From a virus (Duplodnaviria; Caudoviricetes): DNA of 64,000 nt. Both the position numbers and the translations under genes were made by a program. Positions 20,440 through 29,560 of this stretch are shown here, piece by piece. The notes beneath the pieces were generated by a model. That model ran no database searches. It had not been told where the DNA came from and worked only from the letters and a program-made list of their open reading frames with translations. The stretch lies in the IMG/VR virus record IMGVR_UViG_3300021514_000002, positions 299,532 to 363,531 of that record; one strand, written 5' to 3'. Position 1 is the first letter of the stretch. Each line of letters opens with the position of its first letter.

Positions 20440-21030
20440 ATGGCTACAATTAATGATCAAGGTATCCCAGGCGTAGGAACGGGTATCCTCCATCCTAAAC
20501 AGAAGAATCGTTGGAGAATAACATTCGCTAACCTTGGCGGTGGTACAGACTCACAACCGCTTAGCTTACAAGCGATAACTGTTACTCGTCCCGTGTTATC
20601 CTTTGAAGAAGTTCAATTGGATCGTTATAATTCTCGTGCGTGGATTGCAGGTAAATATACATTTGAACCTATAACGCTTAGCTTTGAAGATGATGTTTCT
20701 GGTACAGCTACACAGGTTATTCAGGAACAATTACAGAAACAACAATGGTTAATTGGTGCAGAAGGTCAATTTCTTGCTGCGGCAGGAGAAGCATCAATTT
20801 ATAAATTCGTTACGTATCTGGATATGTTAGATGGTAATGATCAAGTAACGGAAAGATGGACAATTGAAGGGTGCTGGTTCCAACAGGTTGATTATACTGA
20901 TTTGGATTATGCTGCATCTGATGTTGTTATGTTAACTACTACAATTCGTTATGATCATGCACGTCAGAACATCGGCGGCTATAGCCAAGGCAACGGCGTA
21001 GCAACTGGTGGTGCTGGTAAGATAGGATAA
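20440..21030 (+). CDS. gp19: Tail tube protein
   Basis: Follows sheath; KNRWRITF, TRPVLSFEE, EPITLSFEDD, WTIEGCW, TIRYD. Confidence 0.85.
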   Translation: MATINDQGIPGVGTGILHPKQKNRWRITFANLGGGTDSQPLSLQAITVTRPVLSFEEVQLDRYNSRAWIAGKYTFEPITLSFEDDVSGTATQVIQEQLQKQQWLIGAEGQFLAAAGEASIYKFVTYLDMLDGNDQVTERWTIEGCWFQQVDYTDLDYAASDVVMLTTTIRYDHARQNIGGYSQGNGVATGGAGKIG

Positions 21031-21079
21031 CATTATAAGATATCATGGACGATAATTTCACAGGGATGTGAATATTTGT

Positions 21080-21104
21080 AAAGGGGGACTTGTCCCCCTT
21101 TTTT
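21080..21104 (+). terminator. Rho-independent terminator
   Basis: AAAGGGGGAC-TT-GTCCCCC-T6 hairpin after the tube gene. Confidence 0.85.
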
Positions 21105-21146
21105 GTCTGTGTGTTTTATATAAATATATTATTATAGGAGTTCAAT

Positions 21147-22520
21147 ATGGCACAAGATCCAAGAAGATTTACAGTTAAAAACTGTCAAGCTGCGAAAAAT
21201 AGCGTAGCTTCTGCTGATCAAAAAAGGAAAGATTTTTTTGGTAGTTTGGGAAAAATGGGCGATATTGAAATACTAAACAGATTCGGTGGAAGTAAGATAA
21301 CTGCTGGATTGCGTGCATTAGCAAAAACTTCTGATTCAATAAGAACAGGCGCAACGAATTCTGTCATAATTCCTAATGATAGGGGTTACGTTCTTGATGC
21401 AGTTGGGATAAATCCAACTGCCGCAGTAAAGGCTGGCGAATTCAACCCAGGTGTATTTAACAGAGGAGTTGCTCAAGCAGAATCAGTGCTTGACAGCGTT
21501 AAGGGTGGGGATTTTAAACTTAACGATATCCCCGGTGCATTAACAGATCTTCAAAATTTGGGATCATTAGTAGACGGAATATACACGGATGATTCAGGAC
21601 AAAGTAGTACGAAAAGTATTGAGGTTTGTGGTGCATCACCATATGCTGTCGATCTTGTTCAATATGCACCAAAATATAAATTTCTATTCATTGTACAAGT
21701 TACCGTTAAAGAACAATATTTAACAGCATTGTCGGAAAATGCAAGACAATTGGCTTTCGTAGTTAAAACGAGCACCCGACCAAATGTTAATATAGAACAT
21801 GAAGAAGTCAACGTATATAATTTCTGGACTCGGGTTCCAAAAAGAGTCGCATATGAACCAATAACTATGCGTTTTTATGATGACAATAAAGGATTAGCTC
21901 ATCAATTCTATACATCATATTTAAGATATATTAGTCCGATTAGTAGAATCGGTGGAAAAGAAAGCGGATATATGAGTACTAAATGGCTCGAAGAAAACGG
22001 CATGAATTTTAATAAATATAGTGAAAAAAGTTCCGCGTCATTGGGAGCGCTAGAAGGTGATATTACTACTGTCATAGATGAAATAAAACTTTTTCATATT
22101 TACGACTATGGTAAAAAAATGACCGCCTATCATTTTCATCATCCAAAAATTCTTACTATGAATCTTGATGATTTAGACATGGCCGATAATGGCAATGGTA
22201 GTGAAATAGAATTACAATTTGCCTATGATGCATTGCACATAACCCCTGCCATTTCTATTGTTGGAAACCCTAAAGGCGTTGCCGAATTAACAGGTGATAA
22301 ATTAGGCGCACTTTATCCTATTAGACCAAACATTAAAGCGGATGAACCTGATGCATATCCAGAAGGTAGTGATGACGAAGACGGAATACCAGAGCCAAAC
22401 GAAGAAAATATTCTTCAAACTGCAACTTCTGCTGTTTCGTCGGGAATTTCCTCTGCTACAGGATTAGTAAGTAGTGCCTTTAATAGCGTTTCTGATTATG
22501 CAGGATCATTATTCAAATAA
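21147..22520 (+). CDS. Tube-like baseplate/tail junction protein (gp48/gp54-like)
   Basis: Central tube-fold motifs PKYKFLF..., RPNV.IEHEE, YEPITMRFYDD; TATAAATA at 21119. Confidence 0.55.
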   Translation: MAQDPRRFTVKNCQAAKNSVASADQKRKDFFGSLGKMGDIEILNRFGGSKITAGLRALAKTSDSIRTGATNSVIIPNDRGYVLDAVGINPTAAVKAGEFNPGVFNRGVAQAESVLDSVKGGDFKLNDIPGALTDLQNLGSLVDGIYTDDSGQSSTKSIEVCGASPYAVDLVQYAPKYKFLFIVQVTVKEQYLTALSENARQLAFVVKTSTRPNVNIEHEEVNVYNFWTRVPKRVAYEPITMRFYDDNKGLAHQFYTSYLRYISPISRIGGKESGYMSTKWLEENGMNFNKYSEKSSASLGALEGDITTVIDEIKLFHIYDYGKKMTAYHFHHPKILTMNLDDLDMADNGNGSEIELQFAYDALHITPAISIVGNPKGVAELTGDKLGALYPIRPNIKADEPDAYPEGSDDEDGIPEPNEENILQTATSAVSSGISSATGLVSSAFNSVSDYAGSLFK

Positions 22521-22535
22521 TTAATGGATTAGAAC

Positions 22536-22982
22536 ATGGCAAGGAAAGGTATAAGAAAAGGATTATTCACTCCAAGGCATCCTGGAAAGTATGTTGGTAA
22601 TGTAAACAATATTGTTTACCGTTCTTCTTGGGAACTTTCCTTTATGAATTTTTTAGACAACAATACTAACATAGAAAAATGGGGCTCTGAAATTATTGCT
22701 ATTCCTTATCGCAAACCAACTACAGGCAGAATACACAAATACTATCCAGATTTTTGGATAAAATATAAAAGTAAGAACGGTAACGTAGTTCAAGAAGTTA
22801 TTGAAGTTAAACCAGAGAAAGAAACCCGCCAACCTACCACTGTAGGTAAAACTAAAAAAACACAATTATATGAAGCTATTACATGGTCAATAAATAAAGC
22901 AAAGTTTAAATCGGCGGCTCTTTTTTGTACTAAGTATGGGATGAAGTTTAGAGTGTTAACCGAAAAACATCTTTTTCATTAA
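22536..22982 (+). CDS. gp4: Head completion nuclease (TnsA-like)
   Basis: PRHPGKYVG, YRSSWEL.FM.FLD, WGSE.I.IPY, YYPDF, IEVKP.KET. Confidence 0.9.
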   Translation: MARKGIRKGLFTPRHPGKYVGNVNNIVYRSSWELSFMNFLDNNTNIEKWGSEIIAIPYRKPTTGRIHKYYPDFWIKYKSKNGNVVQEVIEVKPEKETRQPTTVGKTKKTQLYEAITWSINKAKFKSAALFCTKYGMKFRVLTEKHLFH

Positions 22983-23047
22983 CCGAAAGAACCATCCTAA
23001 TAATTATTGATAAATAGTTACATTGCCGTATTATAGGAATTATTTAA

Positions 23048-23488
23048 ATGACTACTGACACTACTGAAGTTGAAATGATTATTGAACATCCATTAGAAGA
23101 AATATTTGATATTGAATCAGGTACGACGCTAATACCTCGTACGGAGAAAACTACAGAATTAGTAGCGGGAGAAGAATATGATGATAAAGATAAAGAAATT
23201 GAAGATCAGTTTCAAGAAGTATATGACCATGCCCTTTCCGCATTCGAAGATCAAGTAGCAGAAGCAGAAGTTATTGAAGGAAAATATAAAGCACGCAACA
23301 TGGAAGTTGGTGTTCAGTTATTAAATACCGCCCTTGCCGCAGCAAAAGAAAAATCATCACTGAAACAACATAAAGATAAGACAGCACTCGCCAAAGGAAA
23401 ACTTACAGGGAAAACGGTCAACCACAATAACCTCATTATAGCTGACCGCAACGAGTTATTAAAAACGTTGATGAATAAAAAAGATTAA
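23048..23488 (+). CDS. Probable terminase small subunit
   Basis: 146 aa; R.MEV..QLL helix and C-terminal VNHNNLIIADRNELLK typical of gp16-like proteins; upstream of the large terminase. Confidence 0.6.
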   Translation: MTTDTTEVEMIIEHPLEEIFDIESGTTLIPRTEKTTELVAGEEYDDKDKEIEDQFQEVYDHALSAFEDQVAEAEVIEGKYKARNMEVGVQLLNTALAAAKEKSSLKQHKDKTALAKGKLTGKTVNHNNLIIADRNELLKTLMNKKD

Positions 23489-24606
23489 TCTAATATTTTC
23501 ATCGCAGATTCAAAAGCATCAGATATTAGTTCATCAACTTCAGTCATACTTTCAATATTATCCGATTCTTTTTTTTCTTCAATCTTAAATGTTATATCTT
23601 TTAGTTTCGGTAAGTTATCCAATGTTAATTCGTAATAATAGTTACATGGTTCTTTTGTGATTGTAGTTGTCGCACCATCTTCCGTAGTAATTGTTTCTGT
23701 CGGCTGATTAACGTATTTACCGTAGCGTGACATAAATGTTGCAAAAGGTGCAAAAGTATCAGGATCTACTACAATCTGAGCCATTGTTGGAATATATGGT
23801 GCGTAAATGTAACCAGTATCAGTTTCACCATTACCGCCTTTATATCCAATAATAGTTTTACCATGTTCAAGTCCGAAATCACAATATACTTTTATAGAAC
23901 CATACAATGTTCCAATGTATTCGATGTAGCCATAATCGTATTCATTAAGTGCTTGTGGTATAAAGTTGTTACTATTTTTTAGGATTTCTGCAACGGCTTC
24001 AGACGCGATTACAAAATTACCACAACCTCGACGTGATTTCCTTGCAATTGAATTTGCGCATGAACTTATAGATATCCCAATCTTCACAATTTTATTTTGA
24101 TCAATATCCTTACCATCCCCTACGATTTTTTCAACGTCAAGTGACGCTTTATGTGCAATCCCAGAAATATCATTTCTAATTTCTTCGTATATTTCTTTGG
24201 CGATTTCTGTACAAGGATTTACTTTATCATCAAATACCCCTGCGTTTATATCTTCTAAGGCTTCAAGTGATAAACGTGTTTCTAATTTTCGCGCCCCTGC
24301 TTCTACTGCTTGCGAATTTATAGTTAGACTAATTCTGGTACCTACGTTGTTTTCTTCGTCTATAGGTTCTTCGTCTGTTATTTCATATTCTAATGAAAAT
24401 ATTAATCCAACAGGCGCTGTCATTGGTTGCACCCCAACAAAATGTCTGACAGCTAGACTATCAATCACTTCTGATGTAATATTTCTAATCATGTCTGCGC
24501 TTGAACTTGCACCCATGCCCGCAACGCTTTCAAGATAATCGTCTGTATTTTTAAGCAATGTATCCTTAATTATGTCTTTTGTCTGCTCTGTATCTACTAC
24601 GTTCAT
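23485..24606 (-). CDS. Reduced major-capsid (gp23) paralog
   Basis: VGVQPMTAPVGL, VEAGARKL, IARKSRRGCGNF, GYKGGNGETDTGY, YAPYIP, FMSRYG; start at MNVVD (24606) after a GAGG SD. Confidence 0.85.
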   Translation of the reverse strand: MNVVDTEQTKDIIKDTLLKNTDDYLESVAGMGASSSADMIRNITSEVIDSLAVRHFVGVQPMTAPVGLIFSLEYEITDEEPIDEENNVGTRISLTINSQAVEAGARKLETRLSLEALEDINAGVFDDKVNPCTEIAKEIYEEIRNDISGIAHKASLDVEKIVGDGKDIDQNKIVKIGISISSCANSIARKSRRGCGNFVIASEAVAEILKNSNNFIPQALNEYDYGYIEYIGTLYGSIKVYCDFGLEHGKTIIGYKGGNGETDTGYIYAPYIPTMAQIVVDPDTFAPFATFMSRYGKYVNQPTETITTEDGATTTITKEPCNYYYELTLDNLPKLKDITFKIEEKKESDNIESMTEVDELISDAFESAMKILD

Positions 24607-24622
24607 AATTCTATCCTCTTTC

Positions 24623-24696
24623 TCTTTATTTACTACTTTAAAAATTAGACATCCCAATAGATTGGTAACCCAAAAATGTGTGGTAGTAAATAAAGA
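24623..24696. repeat. Perfect 14-bp inverted repeat GTAGTAAATAAAGA (divergent promoter-like)
   Basis: TCTTTATTTACTAC at 24623-24636 and GTAGTAAATAAAGA at 24683-24696. Confidence 0.8.
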
Positions 24697-24697
24697 T

Positions 24698-25486
24698 ATG
24701 AAAAAAGAAATATTAAACGAATTACATGAACGACAGAACTTGCTAAATCTTGTGATAAATTCTGCAAGAGATCCGTCTTATTTTATAGAACACTATGCGA
24801 AGATACAACATCCAACAAAAGGTGCTGTTCCTTTTAAACCATATAAAAAACAAGAACAGTTGTTATATTCGTATCAGGAAAATCGTTGGAATATAACATT
24901 GGGTTCTAGGCAGACAGGAATCACTATAACTAATGCACTATACGCCTTCTGGTTTGCTATGTTTAAATCAGATAAAACTATAATGATTGCGGGTGAAAAG
25001 TTGCGACATTCTAAAGATATTTTACATAGTATTAGATTTGCGTATGAAAATTTACCCAAGTGGCTACAAGCCCGCAATAAATTAGTGATCAATAATAAAT
25101 GTATGATGCAATTTGAAAATGGTACAAGGATTTTGGCGATAGCGCCGACTATATATGCAGTTAGAGGATTTTCGGTCGATCTTATGATATTAGATTGTTT
25201 TGCATATATGTCACCAAATAAACAAGAAGAATTTTATACGTCACTATATCCTGCAACAATGGGTTCAAAAAATAGTGTAATGATTATGAGTTCGACTGGC
25301 GGCGGATATGACGGGGTATTTACCTCCATTTGGGATGATGCTTTGGCGAAAAAGAATAAATTCGTGGCAAACTTTATTAAATGGAATGATGTACCTGAAC
25401 GGGATGATGGGTTCAAGGATTCAATGGTTTCCATGCTTGGAGAAACACGATGGAAAGTGGAGTATGAATGCTCTTTTGATAATTAA
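24698..25486 (+). CDS. Terminase large subunit ATPase-only paralog with degenerate Walker A/B
   Basis: Collinear with the N-terminal half of 25498; SRQTGIT vs ARQTGKS and ILDCFAY vs FLDEFAF; no nuclease domain. Confidence 0.85.
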   Translation: MKKEILNELHERQNLLNLVINSARDPSYFIEHYAKIQHPTKGAVPFKPYKKQEQLLYSYQENRWNITLGSRQTGITITNALYAFWFAMFKSDKTIMIAGEKLRHSKDILHSIRFAYENLPKWLQARNKLVINNKCMMQFENGTRILAIAPTIYAVRGFSVDLMILDCFAYMSPNKQEEFYTSLYPATMGSKNSVMIMSSTGGGYDGVFTSIWDDALAKKNKFVANFIKWNDVPERDDGFKDSMVSMLGETRWKVEYECSFDN

Positions 25487-25497
25487 GGAAGATTATA

Positions 25498-27054
25498 ATG
25501 GCGCGCGCAAAGAATGATAAGTTAAAAACCCCCGATCAGGAAGTTGAATTTACATATGAACAGGTACAAGAGCTAAAGCGTTGTGTTCAAGATCCTATTT
25601 ACTTTATAGAAAATTACGTTCAAATACAACATCCCGTTAAGGGTGCCGTTCCCTTTCGGTTATATCCATATCAAAAAAATATGATTCGTGCATATCAAGA
25701 TAACCGTTACACTGTAGTACTTTCTGCACGTCAAACTGGTAAATCTATAACATCCGCCGCCTACCTTCTTTGGTATGCAATGTTCCAGTTTGATAAAACC
25801 GTCCTGATTGCAGCCAATAAAAACGCAAATGCAATGGAAATGATTTTACGTATTCGTTTTGCATATGAAAATCTTCCAATGTGGTTGAAAGCTGGCGTTA
25901 AAGACGATGGTTGGAATAAACATGAAATTGGCTTTGATAATGGTTCCCGTATCGTGTCAACCGCAACATCGGAAGATTCTGGTCGTGGTATGGCTATTTC
26001 ACTTTTGTTCCTTGACGAATTTGCATTTGTAAAACCTAATATCCAAGATGAATTTTGGACATCAATAGCACCTACATTATCAACTGGTGGTTCGTGTATA
26101 ATGACATCAACGCCTAATGGTGACATGAATATTTATGCTCAGGTTTGGCGCGGTTCGCAAATGGGTACTAATGGATTTTTCCCTATACATGTTAAATGGG
26201 ACGAACCCCCAGGCAGAGATGGTAAGTTTAAAGAGGAGGAAACTGGAAGGATTGGTGTCCGTCGTTGGCAACAAGAATATGAATGTGTCTTTTTGTCATC
26301 AGATTCATTGCTTATTGATTCGTTATTTCTTACGAACCTAACGCCGTTAATTGAAGCAATCGTTCCTAAGCTTACTGTAAACGATGTTGTTTTGTTTGAT
26401 GAAATAAAACCAGCAAATACATATTTACTGGGTGTCGATCCTGCTACTGGCAGTGGTGAAGATTATAGTGTTATCACTATATTTGAATTTCCGTCAATGA
26501 CTCAGGTTGGTGAATATCGTAGTAATACAATGTCCACAAATGATTTATATGGTGTTATGAAAAATATATTAAAACATATAGAATCAAAAGGAGCGATGGT
26601 ATATTTCTCAATAGAAAATAACGGCGTTGGTCAGGGATTAATTGCATTATATGAAGCTGATGAAGAGCCATTAAAACTTGCTGAGTTTGTTTCAGAAGAC
26701 GGCAAGAATAAATTAGGATTCACAACAACAGCACGTAGTAAAATGCGCTCGTGTGTTAACCTGAAAGAAATGCTTGAAAAAGAAAATATGCATATTACTT
26801 CAAGAATCCTTTTATCTGAATTAAAGTCTTATGTTCGTTCACGTGGTGCATATGCAGCGCAAGCAGGTGCAACAGATGATTGTATAGCTGCAACGCTTAT
26901 TGTACTTAGATTAGTAGAAGAGATCGCGGCGTATGAGCAGGCGGCGTTTGATAAACTATATGCAGGCGATTATGATGAATGGAAGCAATCAGACTGGGAT
27001 GGATATGAAGAAGGATACGATGAAAACGACGAGGGATTGCCTAGTATATTTTAA
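25498..27054 (+). CDS. gp17: Terminase large subunit
   Basis: LYPYQ, ARQTGKS, FLDEFAF, TSTPNG, LGVDPATG.G.DYS nuclease motif, IENNGVG, DDCIAA. Confidence 0.95.
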   Translation: MARAKNDKLKTPDQEVEFTYEQVQELKRCVQDPIYFIENYVQIQHPVKGAVPFRLYPYQKNMIRAYQDNRYTVVLSARQTGKSITSAAYLLWYAMFQFDKTVLIAANKNANAMEMILRIRFAYENLPMWLKAGVKDDGWNKHEIGFDNGSRIVSTATSEDSGRGMAISLLFLDEFAFVKPNIQDEFWTSIAPTLSTGGSCIMTSTPNGDMNIYAQVWRGSQMGTNGFFPIHVKWDEPPGRDGKFKEEETGRIGVRRWQQEYECVFLSSDSLLIDSLFLTNLTPLIEAIVPKLTVNDVVLFDEIKPANTYLLGVDPATGSGEDYSVITIFEFPSMTQVGEYRSNTMSTNDLYGVMKNILKHIESKGAMVYFSIENNGVGQGLIALYEADEEPLKLAEFVSEDGKNKLGFTTTARSKMRSCVNLKEMLEKENMHITSRILLSELKSYVRSRGAYAAQAGATDDCIAATLIVLRLVEEIAAYEQAAFDKLYAGDYDEWKQSDWDGYEEGYDENDEGLPSIF

Positions 27055-27063
27055 ACAACATTA

Positions 27064-27702
27064 TCATGAATAATGTTGTTTAATAATCTCAGTGCTTGCC
27101 CCAACATCAATAATAACGGGTTGGTTTTTATATATGCCCCAATTTGCTAATCGCGTAAAATCGGCTGGCTCGATATCATAATTACCAACTAGATCTACAA
27201 GACTATTAAGAGTTTCGTTTTCTTCATAGATCTCTTCATATCTTGCTTGGGTTTCTTCATCAACACGAATATTCCATTTACCTGTCATAAATTTTACAAG
27301 GTGAATTGCTTCATCTGGCGTTAAACCATTAAAAAATTGTTTGAACTGCGTTGGTTTCATTTTTTCAGCTTTTTCAACATGAATCCATGTAGGTGGATTG
27401 TTTTCTTCATCGAAATCAATCATAGGAATTGTAATACCCATATCAGTAAGATAGTAATCGCCAAACATTTGGGATTCGTATTCATTCTGGGCAATACCTT
27501 TTTTATTTTTGGCAATTTTTAATATCGTTGCACGTCCTTCGTATTCAATTTCAAAGGCGATTCGGGATGAACCTGTTCCAATTTTTGCCGCCCGTTCTTG
27601 AGCGTAACGAACGCGTTGTGCAAACGGAACATTCTGTTTGTATTTTGATTTATCCCAATCATCGGGTAATGGCGCTTCTTTTAATAATTCTTTGATTTTC
27701 AT
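27064..27702 (-). CDS. Protein-kinase-like fold protein
   Basis: IGTGSSRIAF (Gly loop), ILKIAK, QNEYE, DFTRLANWG (catalytic loop), IIDVG (DFG-like). Confidence 0.6.
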   Translation of the reverse strand: MKIKELLKEAPLPDDWDKSKYKQNVPFAQRVRYAQERAAKIGTGSSRIAFEIEYEGRATILKIAKNKKGIAQNEYESQMFGDYYLTDMGITIPMIDFDEENNPPTWIHVEKAEKMKPTQFKQFFNGLTPDEAIHLVKFMTGKWNIRVDEETQARYEEIYEENETLNSLVDLVGNYDIEPADFTRLANWGIYKNQPVIIDVGASTEIIKQHYS

Positions 27703-27718
27703 GATATAGTATTTATCC

Positions 27719-27747
27719 TTGACATTTAAAAATAGTCATGATAAGCT
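27719..27747 (+). promoter_or_regulatory. sigma70-type promoter
   Basis: TTGACA-N17-TAAGCT with extended TG; the ORF-track TTG start at 27719 is this -35 box. Confidence 0.7.
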
Positions 27748-27775
27748 ATATAAAATTATTATGACTGGTAGAAAG

Positions 27776-28942
27776 ATGAGAGATTTAAAAACATTATTTA
27801 TTAGATGGTATTTCAACGAATTCGCAGATCTTGATCCGCTACACGTTGAAATGTCTAAATTATCCGAAGATTCTCCATGGCACAGGGAACGAACTATTGC
27901 TGTCCATACCAACATGGTAGTTGGGGAGTATTTGTCCCGTGTGTGTGCTAAATATGGCGAAAATGAATGGTCTGCTGCTGATCTTTATGGGGCTTTTGCC
28001 TGCGCTTTTCACGATGTTGGGAAGCCCGCAGCACGAACAGAAGCATATACACCAGCGCGCGGCACATACTACCGCTACGGTGGACATGAACTGATTTCTG
28101 CACGCTTGTGGGAAGATTGGGCTGTTCGTAACTGGAAATTCTTGGAAGAAGAATTTGGCCTGACATCACATGGAATTTATGCGACAGGTTGGTTAATTGA
28201 AAACCATCTTCCTTGGGATGTGAAGAAGCCAGAAAAGCGCCGTCAATTAGCACTTGGTGTGAAGCACGCTGTGCGCGATCCTGAACGTTTCATTAATGTG
28301 GTGCAAGCGGATACTTGGGGTCGTATTTCTGATGATGCCACGGAAAAGCGACAAAAAACCGAGGATTGGTGCAATGATTTCCTCCGCCTTTTTAAAGAGG
28401 TTAAGGAAGAATATAAAACACGATACGTGAATCCAGATGCGCCTATTATGTATATGCCAATCGCCGCTTCGGGTTCAGGGAAATCTACGTTGCTTAATAG
28501 TGAAAGTATGGATTGTGTGCTGGACTGTGATAATGTTGAAGGTGAATTATTGCACTTCTCATTAGATACGTTACGCCATGATTGGTATGATCCTGACGAT
28601 TACCGAAATGCATTCGCCTTGGCGTGTGATGATAAAGATTTTGCAAACAAAGCTAATAAAGTTTTTGCAGACATGGTGAAGACAGGTAATAGTATTTATC
28701 TTGATAATATCAACATTTCCAAGAAGCGTCGTGCTAACTATATACGTGAAGCACGTAAGTATGGGTACGTGGTTTATGCTATTTTGCTTCCTATCGAATT
28801 GCAGACAGTCATGGATAGACAGGCTACGCGTAGTGATAAAATGGTACCAATTGATGTGGTGAAGAACCATTATATGGGACTTAGCTTGCCTTCCTTGGGT
28901 GAAGTTGATCGGATTATTGTATATAGCGGTAATCTACCTTAA
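27776..28942 (+). CDS. HD phosphohydrolase fused to a P-loop (polynucleotide kinase-like) domain
   Basis: HRERTIAVHT..., AFHDVGKP, GGHELISA (HD domain); MPIAASGSGKSTL and YLDNINISKKRR (AAA_33-like kinase). Confidence 0.75.
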   Translation: MRDLKTLFIRWYFNEFADLDPLHVEMSKLSEDSPWHRERTIAVHTNMVVGEYLSRVCAKYGENEWSAADLYGAFACAFHDVGKPAARTEAYTPARGTYYRYGGHELISARLWEDWAVRNWKFLEEEFGLTSHGIYATGWLIENHLPWDVKKPEKRRQLALGVKHAVRDPERFINVVQADTWGRISDDATEKRQKTEDWCNDFLRLFKEVKEEYKTRYVNPDAPIMYMPIAASGSGKSTLLNSESMDCVLDCDNVEGELLHFSLDTLRHDWYDPDDYRNAFALACDDKDFANKANKVFADMVKTGNSIYLDNINISKKRRANYIREARKYGYVVYAILLPIELQTVMDRQATRSDKMVPIDVVKNHYMGLSLPSLGEVDRIIVYSGNLP

Positions 28943-28970
28943 AAAATCCCCGCTTCGGCGGGGATTTTTT
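28941..28970. terminator. Rho-independent terminator with UUCG tetraloop
   Basis: AAAAAATCCCCGC-TTCG-GCGGGGATTTTTT. Confidence 0.92.
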
Positions 28971-28990
28971 CATCTACGATAAATAGATAC

Positions 28991-29560
28991 ATGGAAAATA
29001 AATATGAAATTATTCGCGGAAAACGCATTGAAGATCAATTAGATGGCTATGAATTATTTGAACAATCTACATACAATGATTTAGAACGGAATGTACTAAA
29101 TTTCACTCCTGTTTCTACTAAGCGCCAAAATGCGGTCGATCCTGTTAGGGTAACTAGTATGGCATTGCTTCCCTTTATCGGTACAAAAAATCTTAATGTT
29201 GATACTATCGCGAGTAGTGATGGTACAAATTATAGTCCTAAAATTATCTTTAATAATGTTGAATTTGAAGAAGAAGACTTGCCAGAGAATGTGACGTTTA
29301 AAGGTAAAGATGGTAATGATTATCATATTAAACCAATTAACTTGGCTCAGAATACATTACGCGTTAGATGCGATTGTCTTGATTTTTATTGGAGATTTGC
29401 CGCGTTTAATGCAAAAGATAAAAGCTTAATCGGAGCACCGCCTAGAGCATATCAACGTAAAACCAATCGTGGTCCAGTAAACCCACAAGAAGTTCCGGGT
29501 GTATGTAAACATCTTATTGCCGCAATGAAAGCATTAAAACATTCAGGCATTGTGCGTTAA
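28991..29560 (+). CDS. SWIM-type zinc-finger protein
   Basis: RVRCDCLDF...VCKHLIA (CxC...CxH); GATAAATA late-type motif upstream. Confidence 0.6.
   Translation: MENKYEIIRGKRIEDQLDGYELFEQSTYNDLERNVLNFTPVSTKRQNAVDPVRVTSMALLPFIGTKNLNVDTIASSDGTNYSPKIIFNNVEFEEEDLPENVTFKGKDGNDYHIKPINLAQNTLRVRCDCLDFYWRFAAFNAKDKSLIGAPPRAYQRKTNRGPVNPQEVPGVCKHLIAAMKALKHSGIVR

Noticed and set aside
24698-27054. Split or frameshifted single terminase, or an assembly duplication
   Set aside because: The two copies are highly diverged in DNA and protein, and the downstream gene is complete on its own.
27719-27775. TTG start at 27719, and the ORF 58493-58738
   Set aside because: Both TTG codons are the -35 boxes (TTGACA) of promoters; the real starts lie downstream.
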